Source: Methanolobus sp. (lineage in GTDB: Archaea > Halobacteriota > Methanosarcinia > Methanosarcinales > Methanosarcinaceae). From it: DNA of 64,000 nt. Below are positions 41,620 to 51,106 of this stretch, piece by piece (position 1 is the first letter of the stretch; the number at the start of each line of letters is the position of its first letter). The notes beneath the pieces were generated by a model. The model was not told the origin of the DNA and ran no database searches. It worked only from the letters and a program-made list of their open reading frames with translations. A program made the position numbers and the translations under genes. Location of the stretch: contig JAASSR010000001.1 in assembly GCA_021767785.1 (NCBI GenBank), forward strand, positions 7,745 through 71,744, read 5' to 3'.

Positions 41620-42639
41620 TCAATTCATTTCATAGTCAGAAAATCCTGTTGAACGCACGATTCTTTTATCCGTGGTTATTATGAGACACTCGATATTGTC
41701 GGTATTCTCGATCATATCGAGTCCTTCATTTTCTCCGAGTATGAATACCGCAGTGGCAAAAGCATCTGCATCCATGGCACTATTGGCTATGACAGTCGAA
41801 CTTATAAGGTTCCCTGAGGAGTAGCCTGTTCTGGGATCAGCGATGTGTGATCTTTTTGTAGTATCATTGAAATAGCGTTCATAGTTTCCACTTGTTGCAA
41901 CTGCCCTATTCTTTATGTTCATAATTGTTACTGCATCTTCGTTTTTATCCGGGTTCTGTAGTCCTACTCTCCAGGGAGTACCATCAGGTTTTGTTCCTAT
42001 ATATCTTCCATCTCCACCTGCATTGACAAAACCTGCAACTATGCCGTCATTCAATAATGATTCGATTGCACTGTCAACAGCGTATCCTTTTGCAATCCCT
42101 CCCAGTGTGATCTTCATACCATCTTTCAGAGAGATATTGTTGTTTTCAATGGAAATGGCGGAATAATTTACCAGTTCGAGTGTTTCATTTATTTCATCGG
42201 GTGTAGGATCCTGGTAACTACCTCCCGGGCTGTATTTACTTGCCCATAGATCGAGTATGGGCTGGATGGATATGTCAAAAGCCCCCTGGCTTTTTTCAGA
42301 GTAATATTTTGATCTTTTGATCACATAGACAAGGTCAGGGTCAGCGTTATGGACAGATCCTTCATTGTTTAGCATGCTAAGCTCACTTTTATTGTCATAG
42401 TTGTTCATAACATCGTCAACATATTCTATTTTTTCAAAAGCTCTGTCCACAACATTCAATGCATATGTTTCATTATAATTCACCACGGCAATTGTTACAG
42501 TGGTATCCATCAGGCTTCTGGTTTGAGAGTAGATATTTTGTTCTTCTGTGTCGACTGAATTTATGTCAGCGGTATAATCTATCATTAATAATACTGTGAA
42601 AATCGCTATCAGTACAATGGCAACAGTTTTATAGTTCAT
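41620..42639 (-). CDS. apbE: FAD:protein FMN transferase
   Basis: LMDT, GAFDIS, LGGIAKGY, NAGGD, ATSGNYERY, HIADPRTG, ADAFATA. Divergent from the rnf operon. Confidence 0.93.
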   Translation of the reverse strand: MNYKTVAIVLIAIFTVLLMIDYTADINSVDTEEQNIYSQTRSLMDTTVTIAVVNYNETYALNVVDRAFEKIEYVDDVMNNYDNKSELSMLNNEGSVHNADPDLVYVIKRSKYYSEKSQGAFDISIQPILDLWASKYSPGGSYQDPTPDEINETLELVNYSAISIENNNISLKDGMKITLGGIAKGYAVDSAIESLLNDGIVAGFVNAGGDGRYIGTKPDGTPWRVGLQNPDKNEDAVTIMNIKNRAVATSGNYERYFNDTTKRSHIADPRTGYSSGNLISSTVIANSAMDADAFATAVFILGENEGLDMIENTDNIECLIITTDKRIVRSTGFSDYEMN

Positions 42640-42686
42640 GCTGTATGAAAAGATATAACTAAATATTAAACTATGTACTGCTTAGA

Positions 42687-42708
42687 AGAAGGAATACAAG
42701 TTCCTTCT
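42687..42708. promoter_or_regulatory. Inverted repeat AGAAGGAA-N6-TTCCTTCT
   Basis: Perfect 8-bp arms in the apbE/rnf divergent intergenic region. Confidence 0.45.
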
Positions 42709-42745
42709 GTTATAGTTATCATATTCATCTGAAGGAAGTAGTAGA

Positions 42746-43150
42746 ATGAGCAATCCCAGCACAGGATCAAGTACGGGAACAAGTTCAAGCAAGGATAAAT
42801 ACCTTGTCGTCGCCCTTCATCAGCTAATGGAAGAATACGGTTGGAGAGGTATAGAGAAACACTTTGGTTTTGTGAAGCATCATGTTATTTACGTGAAACC
42901 AGGTTCTCCTCTTGATAAAATTGAACTTAAAGCCAATGTACTTGGCAATCACATGGATGTAGACTTTTTAGGGGTGACTCCTCAAAAAGGTCTTCTAGAT
43001 AAGGTTTTTGACTTTAATGTACGTGTAGTGAGAAAGTCATTCGAGATCAATAAATACGTTACGAATGACATGAAAATAACAAATGAGCAGGATCTGAGAA
43101 ACAACATAGTGGTTGTTATCAGACGGCTTGAAGAAGTAGCAGAGGACTGA
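42746..43150 (+). CDS. Hypothetical protein, first gene of the mmcA-rnf run
   Basis: Clean 134-aa ORF ending 11 nt upstream of mmcA; no motif recognised. Confidence 0.7.
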   Translation: MSNPSTGSSTGTSSSKDKYLVVALHQLMEEYGWRGIEKHFGFVKHHVIYVKPGSPLDKIELKANVLGNHMDVDFLGVTPQKGLLDKVFDFNVRVVRKSFEINKYVTNDMKITNEQDLRNNIVVVIRRLEEVAED

Positions 43151-43161
43151 GGCGAATTATT

Positions 43162-44733
43162 ATGGCTAAATTGAACGCAATCCTCATTGGGATTCTTGTC
43201 TTGATGTTTGCTGCAGCCGGTGTTTATGCTTATCTTGGTTACAGTGGCAATGAAGCTATGTCCGTTCATTATATGACTGAGCAGAAGTGGTCTGACAGCT
43301 CATGTAGTGGTTGTCACGCAGGTGTATATGAGGATGTTTCCGAATCATATCATGTAGAACAGGATATGAAGAAATGGGCTTCTATCATTGATTATGGCGT
43401 TGATGTTGATAGCATTGATGAGGATATGATGGCTGTGACCTACGGACAGGTTCACCCCGGCGGAGGATACATGGCAGATTACGGTGTCGATATCGACTGT
43501 ATGATATGTCATGAACAGGTTGGTGGTTATGATTTTGAAGCACGTGCTGAAAGTATAGCTTCAGGTGAATTCGGGGAAGCCAACGACGCTGCAATTGAAG
43601 AATCCAGAGCAGAACTGCAGAAAGAGCCTCTTTATGTAGCAAGTTATATGCTTGATGTCCTGACACCTCTTCCTCTTGTAACTGAAGTGCACGATGAGGT
43701 GAATGGTGCTCCACGTAAAGCTCTTTGCGGAAGTAACTGTCATGCCAGTGAAATTTCGACAACAGCAGTCTCATGGACGCTCGAAGATTCTGCTTCTTAC
43801 GATGTTCATGATGATGTTGATTGTCAGGAATGTCATGAAACGGAAGAACACCAGATAGGTAGCCGTGAATACCTGTATGCTTCCGAACCTGCTTCCGGGA
43901 CAGGACACATGGATATTGAAGTTGGGGTGCAAGATTGTGATTCTTCAGGATGTCATGAGGGTATATCTCATGGTGGAATGGTGGATGCTCATCTTGAATT
44001 CCTCAGCTGTGAATCATGTCACATCCCTGCACTTCCGGGTACGGATACAATCGGAACTCCTGTCATAAAAGAATTCAGCTGGGCAAACGGTATCCGTGAA
44101 GATAAGGTATATGAATCAGAATTCACACCCACTCTTGGATGGTCATCAGGTGTTTATTATGATCTCCTGCCAACAGCACAGGAACGCAAAGAAGATTCCA
44201 TACTCAAACCATACAATGTGATTACAGGAATCTGGTGGGATGAAGGAATCAATGAGGGTATACTTGCAGATCCGAACACAAGTGCTGAGATTGGTGATCC
44301 GATCGCTCCCGCAGAAGTAAGTAATGCAGATTCAGACGGTGATGGTACTGTAACAGAAGATGAGATCCGTTCATATGATGGTGATGCTGATGGAACACCT
44401 GACTATCCGAATGCTATACTCAGGCATGTGAAAATGTACTATCAGATCAGTCATAACATTGCAGGTTCTGATGCAGGTATTGCAGATCCTCTTGAATGTG
44501 CGGATTGTCATGGTACATCAGCTTCTGAGACTCTCCAGAATGTTCATTTCGGTGAAAGGATAGATGACTGCTCCAGTTGCCATGATGTTGTACCGGTTAT
44601 TGACTGGAAATCACTTGGTTATGATACAGATCCGGCAGAGACCGATCCTCCAACAGATTTCGATGCTAATACCATTGAAGTGACGAAAGAAGGTGCGAAA
44701 CCAACTGAAGTGGAAAGGGAGCCTGCATTCTAA
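43162..44733 (+). CDS. mmcA: Multiheme cytochrome c MmcA
   Basis: N-terminal TM/signal; six CxxCH, one Cx3CH, one Cx4CH; directly upstream of rnfC. Confidence 0.92.
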   Translation: MAKLNAILIGILVLMFAAAGVYAYLGYSGNEAMSVHYMTEQKWSDSSCSGCHAGVYEDVSESYHVEQDMKKWASIIDYGVDVDSIDEDMMAVTYGQVHPGGGYMADYGVDIDCMICHEQVGGYDFEARAESIASGEFGEANDAAIEESRAELQKEPLYVASYMLDVLTPLPLVTEVHDEVNGAPRKALCGSNCHASEISTTAVSWTLEDSASYDVHDDVDCQECHETEEHQIGSREYLYASEPASGTGHMDIEVGVQDCDSSGCHEGISHGGMVDAHLEFLSCESCHIPALPGTDTIGTPVIKEFSWANGIREDKVYESEFTPTLGWSSGVYYDLLPTAQERKEDSILKPYNVITGIWWDEGINEGILADPNTSAEIGDPIAPAEVSNADSDGDGTVTEDEIRSYDGDADGTPDYPNAILRHVKMYYQISHNIAGSDAGIADPLECADCHGTSASETLQNVHFGERIDDCSSCHDVVPVIDWKSLGYDTDPAETDPPTDFDANTIEVTKEGAKPTEVEREPAF

Positions 44734-44745
44734 GGAGTTGATAAT

Positions 44746-46095
44746 GTGGAAATCAAAAAATTAGAGACATTGCCGGAAAAGATCATTATTCCGCTCAGAC
44801 AGCATAGAGGTGTTGTCTGTGAACCTCTTGTGAAGAAAGGTGACAGGGTTCTTATCGGACAGAAAATAGGTGAGAGTGAGGAATACTATTCATCTGCGGT
44901 TCATTCCAGTGTATGTGGAGAGGTTCTTTCAATAGAAGAATATCCTCATCCCGATGGGAACAAGGCGATGAGTATTATAATTAAGCCTGAAGATAGTAAT
45001 GATACTGTCGTGTTCTCACCTTACGAGAATATAAGGTCCGGACAACTTGCGGACTTTATTAAGGAATCTGGTATAGTGGAGCATTATGGAATGCCTACTC
45101 ATACTGTTCTAAGGCCAAAGGGAAAGAATATCGACACTGTGCTCATCAATGCCACATCCTCCGAATGGATCGGTGGAACATTCAAAACACCAAAAGAATA
45201 TGCATCTCAGGTCATCGACGCACTTAAGTTGCTCATGAAAGCGGCAGACGCTAAAAAGGGTGCTATTGTACTCAGAACCGATGACAAGGATTCAATTGCT
45301 GCTTTTGAAGGTATTGAAGTGGATAATAAAAGATTAAAGGTTGCACCTCTTGTAGGCAGTCGTAAAATGGGATATTATCTCAATGAGCAGAACTCGGACA
45401 TAGTTGTTCTGTCTCAGGAGCGTATTTTTGGTAAAAAGATCCTGAATTTCTTTACATACAATGTAACAGGAAGAAAGGTAGATATCGGCTGTGATCCTAC
45501 AGATGTGGGAGTTGCCATATGTGGTATTAAATCCGCTAAAGCTCTGTATGATGCAGTCCACGAAGGCAGGCCATTCTATGATACAGTTGTTTCGATAGAA
45601 GGTGTATCTGACCGGATGGAATATCTGCTTGTAAAGATCGGAACCCCTTTCAAGGATGTCATTGACCACTATGGTTTCACAGGTGAGATTGGTAAGATCA
45701 TTGCAAACGGTGTAAGAACAGGTGTTGCGCAATATACAGATCAGGTCCCAGTAACAAAAGGCACTACAAGGATATCTTTGCAAAGACCGGAAGAGGTCCT
45801 TACAGATGATTCTATAGAATGTATCCATTGTGCGCGTTGTGTGGATGTCTGTCCTGTGGAACTCATACCAAGTCGTCTTGCTGTAATGGCTGACCAGGGT
45901 CGCTTTGATGAATGCAGGCAGATACATATTGAGAACTGTATCGAATGTGGTGACTGTGCAGCAGTCTGTCCTTCCAAGATACACATACTACAGCTTATAA
46001 GGTACGCAAAGGATGCAATAGAGATGGCCTATGAAGACCTGCCGGCCAAGGAATCATCCAATCTCAAACTGGGTTGTGCCTGTGGAGGTGAATAA
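44746..46095 (+). CDS. rnfC: Rnf complex subunit C
   Basis: IPLRQH.G, VHSSVCG.V, CIHCARCVDVCP, CIECGDCAAVCPS. Confidence 0.92.
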   Translation: MEIKKLETLPEKIIIPLRQHRGVVCEPLVKKGDRVLIGQKIGESEEYYSSAVHSSVCGEVLSIEEYPHPDGNKAMSIIIKPEDSNDTVVFSPYENIRSGQLADFIKESGIVEHYGMPTHTVLRPKGKNIDTVLINATSSEWIGGTFKTPKEYASQVIDALKLLMKAADAKKGAIVLRTDDKDSIAAFEGIEVDNKRLKVAPLVGSRKMGYYLNEQNSDIVVLSQERIFGKKILNFFTYNVTGRKVDIGCDPTDVGVAICGIKSAKALYDAVHEGRPFYDTVVSIEGVSDRMEYLLVKIGTPFKDVIDHYGFTGEIGKIIANGVRTGVAQYTDQVPVTKGTTRISLQRPEEVLTDDSIECIHCARCVDVCPVELIPSRLAVMADQGRFDECRQIHIENCIECGDCAAVCPSKIHILQLIRYAKDAIEMAYEDLPAKESSNLKLGCACGGE

Positions 46096-46096
46096 T

Positions 46097-47113
46097 ATGA
46101 CATATACTATTTCAGCTCCCCCTCACAAGAAAACGAAACTTGATTTTAAGACATTGAATCTAAGTAAAATAATAGCTCTACTTCCGTTATGTCTTGCAGC
46201 GATATACTTCTTTGGTGTTCCCGCACTCGGGATCATAGTAGCATGTGTGTTAGCTGCTGTGGCAACGGAATTTGGAATACAGACCATCTTCAAACAGAAA
46301 GTGACTATAGCTGACGGACATGCAGCTTTACTCGGACTTATGCTTGCTCTCCTGATTCCGCCGGAAGCTCCTATATGGATCGCTATTGTTAGCGGTTTCT
46401 TTGCTATAGCCGTCGGAAAACATGTTTTTGGTGGCATTGGCTCTTACATTTTCAATCCTGTGCTTGTTTCATGGGTGTTTGTCAGAAGCGCATGGTCCTC
46501 GTACATGACACCTGTCTCTATTCCTCACGTAGGCCAGTTTTCCGATCTCTTTCTTGAACCCGGTGCAGGTCTTATGGTGGGTGTATCTCCTATATTGCTT
46601 ATCGGTGGTGTGTATCTCATATACAAGAGATATGTTGACTGGAGAGTGCCTCTTGCATTCTTTGCAACGATGGTGGCAATACCCCAGACTCTGTTGTTCA
46701 TTTCCGGTGTAGCTGCTCTTGTCAAAGAAGGTGTTCTCAATCCTTTGATGTATATGTCACAGTTTTTTGTCTTCCTTGAAATGAGTCCGGAACTGCCTTA
46801 TGCAATGATAGGTGCTGTATTCTTTGGTATTCTTTTCCTTGCAACTGATTCTCCCACCTCTCCGGTAACAAAGAGCGGCCGTATTGTCTATGGTATATTA
46901 TGTGGTGTGGTCGTTTTCATTTACGGTTACTTTGGCAACTATGTTGACGGAGTATTTTATGGGATCTTCCTTGCAAATTGTGTATCCTCATATATAGAAT
47001 TCAATACAATGCCTGCATCATTCGGAACGATGTCCCTGCCTGAAAAGATCTACAGGAATATCATGGATAAGATTCCTGCATCCATGAAATTCGAGGTGAT
47101 GGACAATGAGTGA
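46097..47113 (+). CDS. rnfD: Rnf complex subunit D
   Basis: SAPPH, GKHVFGGIG.YIFNP, FLATD.PTSP. Confidence 0.92.
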   Translation: MTYTISAPPHKKTKLDFKTLNLSKIIALLPLCLAAIYFFGVPALGIIVACVLAAVATEFGIQTIFKQKVTIADGHAALLGLMLALLIPPEAPIWIAIVSGFFAIAVGKHVFGGIGSYIFNPVLVSWVFVRSAWSSYMTPVSIPHVGQFSDLFLEPGAGLMVGVSPILLIGGVYLIYKRYVDWRVPLAFFATMVAIPQTLLFISGVAALVKEGVLNPLMYMSQFFVFLEMSPELPYAMIGAVFFGILFLATDSPTSPVTKSGRIVYGILCGVVVFIYGYFGNYVDGVFYGIFLANCVSSYIEFNTMPASFGTMSLPEKIYRNIMDKIPASMKFEVMDNE

Positions 47114-47675
47114 TTCTACTAAGGCAACGATTGTGGTCATAGGAAAACTTGTCCTAATATCCGTTGTAGCTGCTTTATTGTTAGGTCTTACATATGTTCC
47201 TACAAATGAACAGCTCAAGCAAAATGAAGCAAATGCCAAAAAAGAAATATTGTCTGAGCTGATTCCCGAGGCAAATACATTTGAAGAAGTTTATGGTGAT
47301 GAGGTTAATGAGGACGGTGACCCTGTTGTACTTTACTATCGTGCTCTTGATTCTTCAGGTAACATAATAGGTTATGCCTTCTTCAAGGAACACGCAGGTG
47401 CTCAGGGTCCCATTGTAGTTGCCGGCGGTGTTGATTCTAGTTTTTCAACATTCTATGGCATGGATGTCCTGAGTCATGAAGAAACTCCCGGATTGGGAGA
47501 CAAAATCACAAAAGAACCGTTCCAGAGTCAGTTTGAAGGTATTTCGGTTTCATCACTGAGCCTTTCCAGTTCCGGAGGTTCCATCGATGCCATTACCGGT
47601 GCAACGATATCCTCACAGGCTGTGGTTGATGCCCTAAATACGAAAATATCTTCAATAGAAGAGGCGGAGGAATGA
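47106..47675 (+). CDS. rnfG: Rnf complex subunit G
   Basis: HEETPGLG; DAITGATISS flavinylation motif. Confidence 0.93.
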   Translation: MSDSTKATIVVIGKLVLISVVAALLLGLTYVPTNEQLKQNEANAKKEILSELIPEANTFEEVYGDEVNEDGDPVVLYYRALDSSGNIIGYAFFKEHAGAQGPIVVAGGVDSSFSTFYGMDVLSHEETPGLGDKITKEPFQSQFEGISVSSLSLSSSGGSIDAITGATISSQAVVDALNTKISSIEEAEE

Positions 47676-47679
47676 TATT

Positions 47680-48294
47680 ATGGATCCTTTGAGTGAATAT
47701 ATTCGCGGTATTACAAGAGACAACCCGATCTTCGGACTTGTTCTGGGCCTCTGCCCTACACTGGCAGTGACCACATCAGTAGAGAACGCGATCGGTATGT
47801 CAGCAGGTACAGCATTTGTGCTTGTATGTTCGAACGTTTTCGTTTCAGCCTTACGTAAACAGATCCCATCGGCTGTAAGACTTCCGATATTCATTATCAT
47901 TATAGCGACCTTTGTGTCGATAGTAAAAATGGTAATGCAGGCATATTTCCCGCCTATGTATGCGGCTTTAGGTGTATTCATCCCCCTTATTGTAGTAAAC
48001 TGTGTGATTATTGGTCGTGCCGAAGCATATGCTAATAAGAACAATGTGTTCTATTCGTTCATAGATGGCCTTGGTATATCCACAGGTTTCCTGCTTGTAT
48101 TGATGCTTATTGGGGGAATAAGGGAAATTCTCGGTACCGGACAGATAGTAACATTCGATTACACTCTGATCACCTTGCCTGTAAATCCTTCAGTTACTAC
48201 AATGATATTGCCTCCAGGAGCTTTCCTTACAATAGGAGGATTGATGGCTATCGTGAATTATCAGAGAGCAAAGAAGAGAGCAAAGGGTGGTTAA
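47680..48294 (+). CDS. rnfE: Rnf complex subunit E
   Basis: LGLCPTLAVT, IPLIVVNC.IIGRAE, LPPGAF. Confidence 0.93.
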   Translation: MDPLSEYIRGITRDNPIFGLVLGLCPTLAVTTSVENAIGMSAGTAFVLVCSNVFVSALRKQIPSAVRLPIFIIIIATFVSIVKMVMQAYFPPMYAALGVFIPLIVVNCVIIGRAEAYANKNNVFYSFIDGLGISTGFLLVLMLIGGIREILGTGQIVTFDYTLITLPVNPSVTTMILPPGAFLTIGGLMAIVNYQRAKKRAKGG

Positions 48295-48295
48295 A

Positions 48296-48883
48296 ATGGT
48301 AGAAAAAGCATTATTTGCCATCTTAATGGATGGTATTTTTATTAAGAACTTCCTGCTAATCCAGTTCCTTGGTCTATGTTCCTTTGTGGGTGTTACCAAG
48401 GACGTAAAAAGTGCTGCAGGAATGTCCGGAGCAGTCATTTTTGTCATGACGATGGCATCTATTGTATCGTACATAGTTTATACATACATCTTAAAGCCTA
48501 CAAATATGGAATTCCTTGATCTGATCAGCTTTATTGTTGTGATAGCAGCATTGGTCCAGCTTGTGGAGTTCATTGTCAGGAAGAATATCCCTTCACTCTA
48601 TCGGTCACTTGGTATTTATCTGCCACTTATTACCACGAACTGTGCAGTATTGGGTGTAGTATTGCTGAGTGTAAATTCCACATACAACTTTGTTCAGAGC
48701 GTTGTATTCGGTATCGCGGCAGGCATTGGTTTTGCTATTGTAATGCTAATGATGTCTGCGATCAGAGAACGTTCAACTTTTGTTAGTGTCCCTTCCTCTA
48801 TAAGGGGGCTTCCACAGGCATTCTTTATCGCAACAATGTTGTCTATGGCCTTTGTAAATTACTTCTGGGTGATTCCTATATGA
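48296..48883 (+). CDS. rnfA: Rnf complex subunit A
   Basis: QFLGLCSF.GV, LGIYLPLITTNCAVLG. Confidence 0.93.
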   Translation: MVEKALFAILMDGIFIKNFLLIQFLGLCSFVGVTKDVKSAAGMSGAVIFVMTMASIVSYIVYTYILKPTNMEFLDLISFIVVIAALVQLVEFIVRKNIPSLYRSLGIYLPLITTNCAVLGVVLLSVNSTYNFVQSVVFGIAAGIGFAIVMLMMSAIRERSTFVSVPSSIRGLPQAFFIATMLSMAFVNYFWVIPI

Positions 48884-49680
48884 GCGAGCTAGTTACTTTA
48901 CTTATTCAGGCCACAGCTATTCTTGGTGGTCTTGGACTGGCTGTTGGTATCATGCTTATTGCGGCATCAAAGAAGTTCAAGGTAGAGACAAATCCTCTTG
49001 TTGATGAGATTCTGGAAGTCCTTCCCGGAGCTAATTGTGGAGCCTGTGGTTTTGCAGGTTGTGCAGACTTTGCGGAGCGTGTTGTGAATGAAGGCGCGCC
49101 TATTACAGGTTGTCCGGTTGGTGGCTTTGAAGTTGCCAAGGAAATTGGAGGAATAGTAGGACAGGAAGTATCTGAAGGCGAGGAGCAGTACCCTTTTGTC
49201 AGGTGCAACGGCGGTGTCAATTGTGTTGACCGCTTTGATTACGTTGGCTTTGAGGACTGTAAGGCCGTTATGATGCTTTCTGATGGTGAAAAAGGTTGTA
49301 ATTACGGATGTATGGGCAGAGGAACATGTGTACGTGCATGTCCTTTTGATGCTCTTTCCATCGGAGAGGATCGTCTACCTCATGTGAACAAGAATCTCTG
49401 TACAAGCTGCGGACTCTGTATTGCTTCCTGTCCAAATGACATTCTGGTATTTGCAAATGAAACAGAAAAGGTACATGTACTTTGTATGTCACATGATAAA
49501 GGTAAGGCAGTTAAAGCATCATGTACCGTGGGTTGTATCGGCTGTAAGATATGTGAGAAGAACTGTCCGGAGGATGCCATCAAAGTTACCAATTTCCTGG
49601 CGGAGATTGATCAGGACAAGTGTACAGCATGTGGGATATGTGTGGAGAAATGTCCGCAGAATACTATTGCTATAAGGTGA
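48880..49680 (+). CDS. rnfB: Rnf complex subunit B
   Basis: LPGANCGACGFAGC plus multiple CxxCxxCxxxCP ferredoxin motifs. Confidence 0.94.
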   Translation: MSELVTLLIQATAILGGLGLAVGIMLIAASKKFKVETNPLVDEILEVLPGANCGACGFAGCADFAERVVNEGAPITGCPVGGFEVAKEIGGIVGQEVSEGEEQYPFVRCNGGVNCVDRFDYVGFEDCKAVMMLSDGEKGCNYGCMGRGTCVRACPFDALSIGEDRLPHVNKNLCTSCGLCIASCPNDILVFANETEKVHVLCMSHDKGKAVKASCTVGCIGCKICEKNCPEDAIKVTNFLAEIDQDKCTACGICVEKCPQNTIAIR

Positions 49681-49684
49681 TCAT

Positions 49685-50017
49685 ATGACGTATAAGACAA
49701 AATTAGGTCTGGATGAGAATATCGTGGCAGCACTTAGCTACTTGCTCTTCTGGATCACAGGGATAATCTTTTTGCTCATTGAGCAGGACAATAAGTTTGT
49801 CAGATTTCATGCAATGCAGTCATTGTTGATTTTCCTTCCGCTTTCCCTGCTGGTATTTGTGGTTGCATGGATACCCTACATTGGGTGGATTATAGCTGAT
49901 TTCCTTGGATTTGCTGCACTTTTCTTCATACTGGTGCTTGTTATAATGGCATACAGAGGTGTACTGCTTAAGATTCCTTTTGTAGGCGATTATGCTTACA
50001 GGATGGTCTATCAGTAA
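49685..50017 (+). CDS. DUF4870/Tic20-like small membrane protein, terminal gene of the rnf operon
   Basis: GLDENI.AALSY, FVRFHAMQS, KIPFVG. Confidence 0.82.
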   Translation: MTYKTKLGLDENIVAALSYLLFWITGIIFLLIEQDNKFVRFHAMQSLLIFLPLSLLVFVVAWIPYIGWIIADFLGFAALFFILVLVIMAYRGVLLKIPFVGDYAYRMVYQ

Positions 50018-50030
50018 ATTATATTTTAAT

Positions 50031-50069
50031 AGCAGGAACTTCTTTTGAGGGAATTCCTGCTGATCTTTT
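50031..50069 (+). terminator. Hairpin AGCAGGAA...TTCCTGCT plus T tract ending the rnf operon
   Basis: 8-bp perfect arms at 50031-50038 and 50054-50061. Confidence 0.55.
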
Positions 50070-50143
50070 ATATTTACGAAAACTTAAAAAACTACATCTT
50101 CCTATTATTGCAGATAAGCATTCTTTTATTCGGAGGGTTTGAA

Positions 50144-51106
50144 ATTAAAGAAGAGATATGGATTGAAAAGTATAGGCCCTTTAAGCTTGATGATGTGGTC
50201 GGTCAGAATGAGACTGTAGAAAGGCTTAAATCGTACATTAAAACGAGAAACCTTCCACATCTTCTGTTCTCTGGTCCTCCAGGGGTTGGAAAAACAGCAA
50301 CAGCCGTCTCAATTGCCCGTGAGCTTTTTGGAGATTCATGGCGTGAGAATTTTACCGAACTCAATGCGTCCGATGAAAGGGGAATTGATGTTGTCAGGAC
50401 AAAGATCAAGAACTTTGCCAAAACAACACCTATCGGAGGGGCCGATTTCAAGATAATTTTTCTTGATGAAGCAGATGCTCTCACTTCAGATGCCCAGTCT
50501 GCTTTGAGACGTACCATGGAACGTTATACCAATAACTGTCGTTTCATTCTTTCATGTAATTATTCATCCAAGATCATCGAACCTATCCAGTCGAGATGTG
50601 CTGTTTACAGATTCCGTCCTCTTTCTGATGAGGCAGTGGCCGAACGTGTACTCTTTGTGGCAGAGAATGAGGGTCTGGATATCGCGGATGATGGTGTGGA
50701 TGCCATCAGATATGTTGCCCAGGGTGATATGAGAAAAGCTATTAATGCTCTTCAGGCTGCGGCTCTTATTGCAGATACGATCCACCAGGAAGCAATCTAT
50801 AAGATTACTGCAACAGCCCGTCCAGAGCAGATAAAAGAACTCATTGAAACAGCACTCGATGGTAACTTCACGGCATCCAGAAAACATCTTGACAGCATGC
50901 TGCTTGAGCAGGGTCTTTCCGGTGAAGATGTGGTGGGACAGATCTACCGGGCCATGTTCGATATTGAAATCCCTCAACGTAAAATGGTTGAGCTGATAGA
51001 TATTATTGGTGAGATCGATTTCAGGTTGACGGAGGGTGCCAATGAAAGAATACAACTGGAATCACTTCTGGCCCACTTTGCATTATCAGGTAAGGAATCC
51101 AATTGA
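50144..51106 (+). CDS. rfcS: Replication factor C small subunit
   Basis: WIEKYRP, GPPGVGKT, ELNASDERG, LDEAD, SRC. Start inferred at ATT 50144 after GGAGGG. No intein seen. Confidence 0.95.
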   Translation: MKEEIWIEKYRPFKLDDVVGQNETVERLKSYIKTRNLPHLLFSGPPGVGKTATAVSIARELFGDSWRENFTELNASDERGIDVVRTKIKNFAKTTPIGGADFKIIFLDEADALTSDAQSALRRTMERYTNNCRFILSCNYSSKIIEPIQSRCAVYRFRPLSDEAVAERVLFVAENEGLDIADDGVDAIRYVAQGDMRKAINALQAAALIADTIHQEAIYKITATARPEQIKELIETALDGNFTASRKHLDSMLLEQGLSGEDVVGQIYRAMFDIEIPQRKMVELIDIIGEIDFRLTEGANERIQLESLLAHFALSGKESN

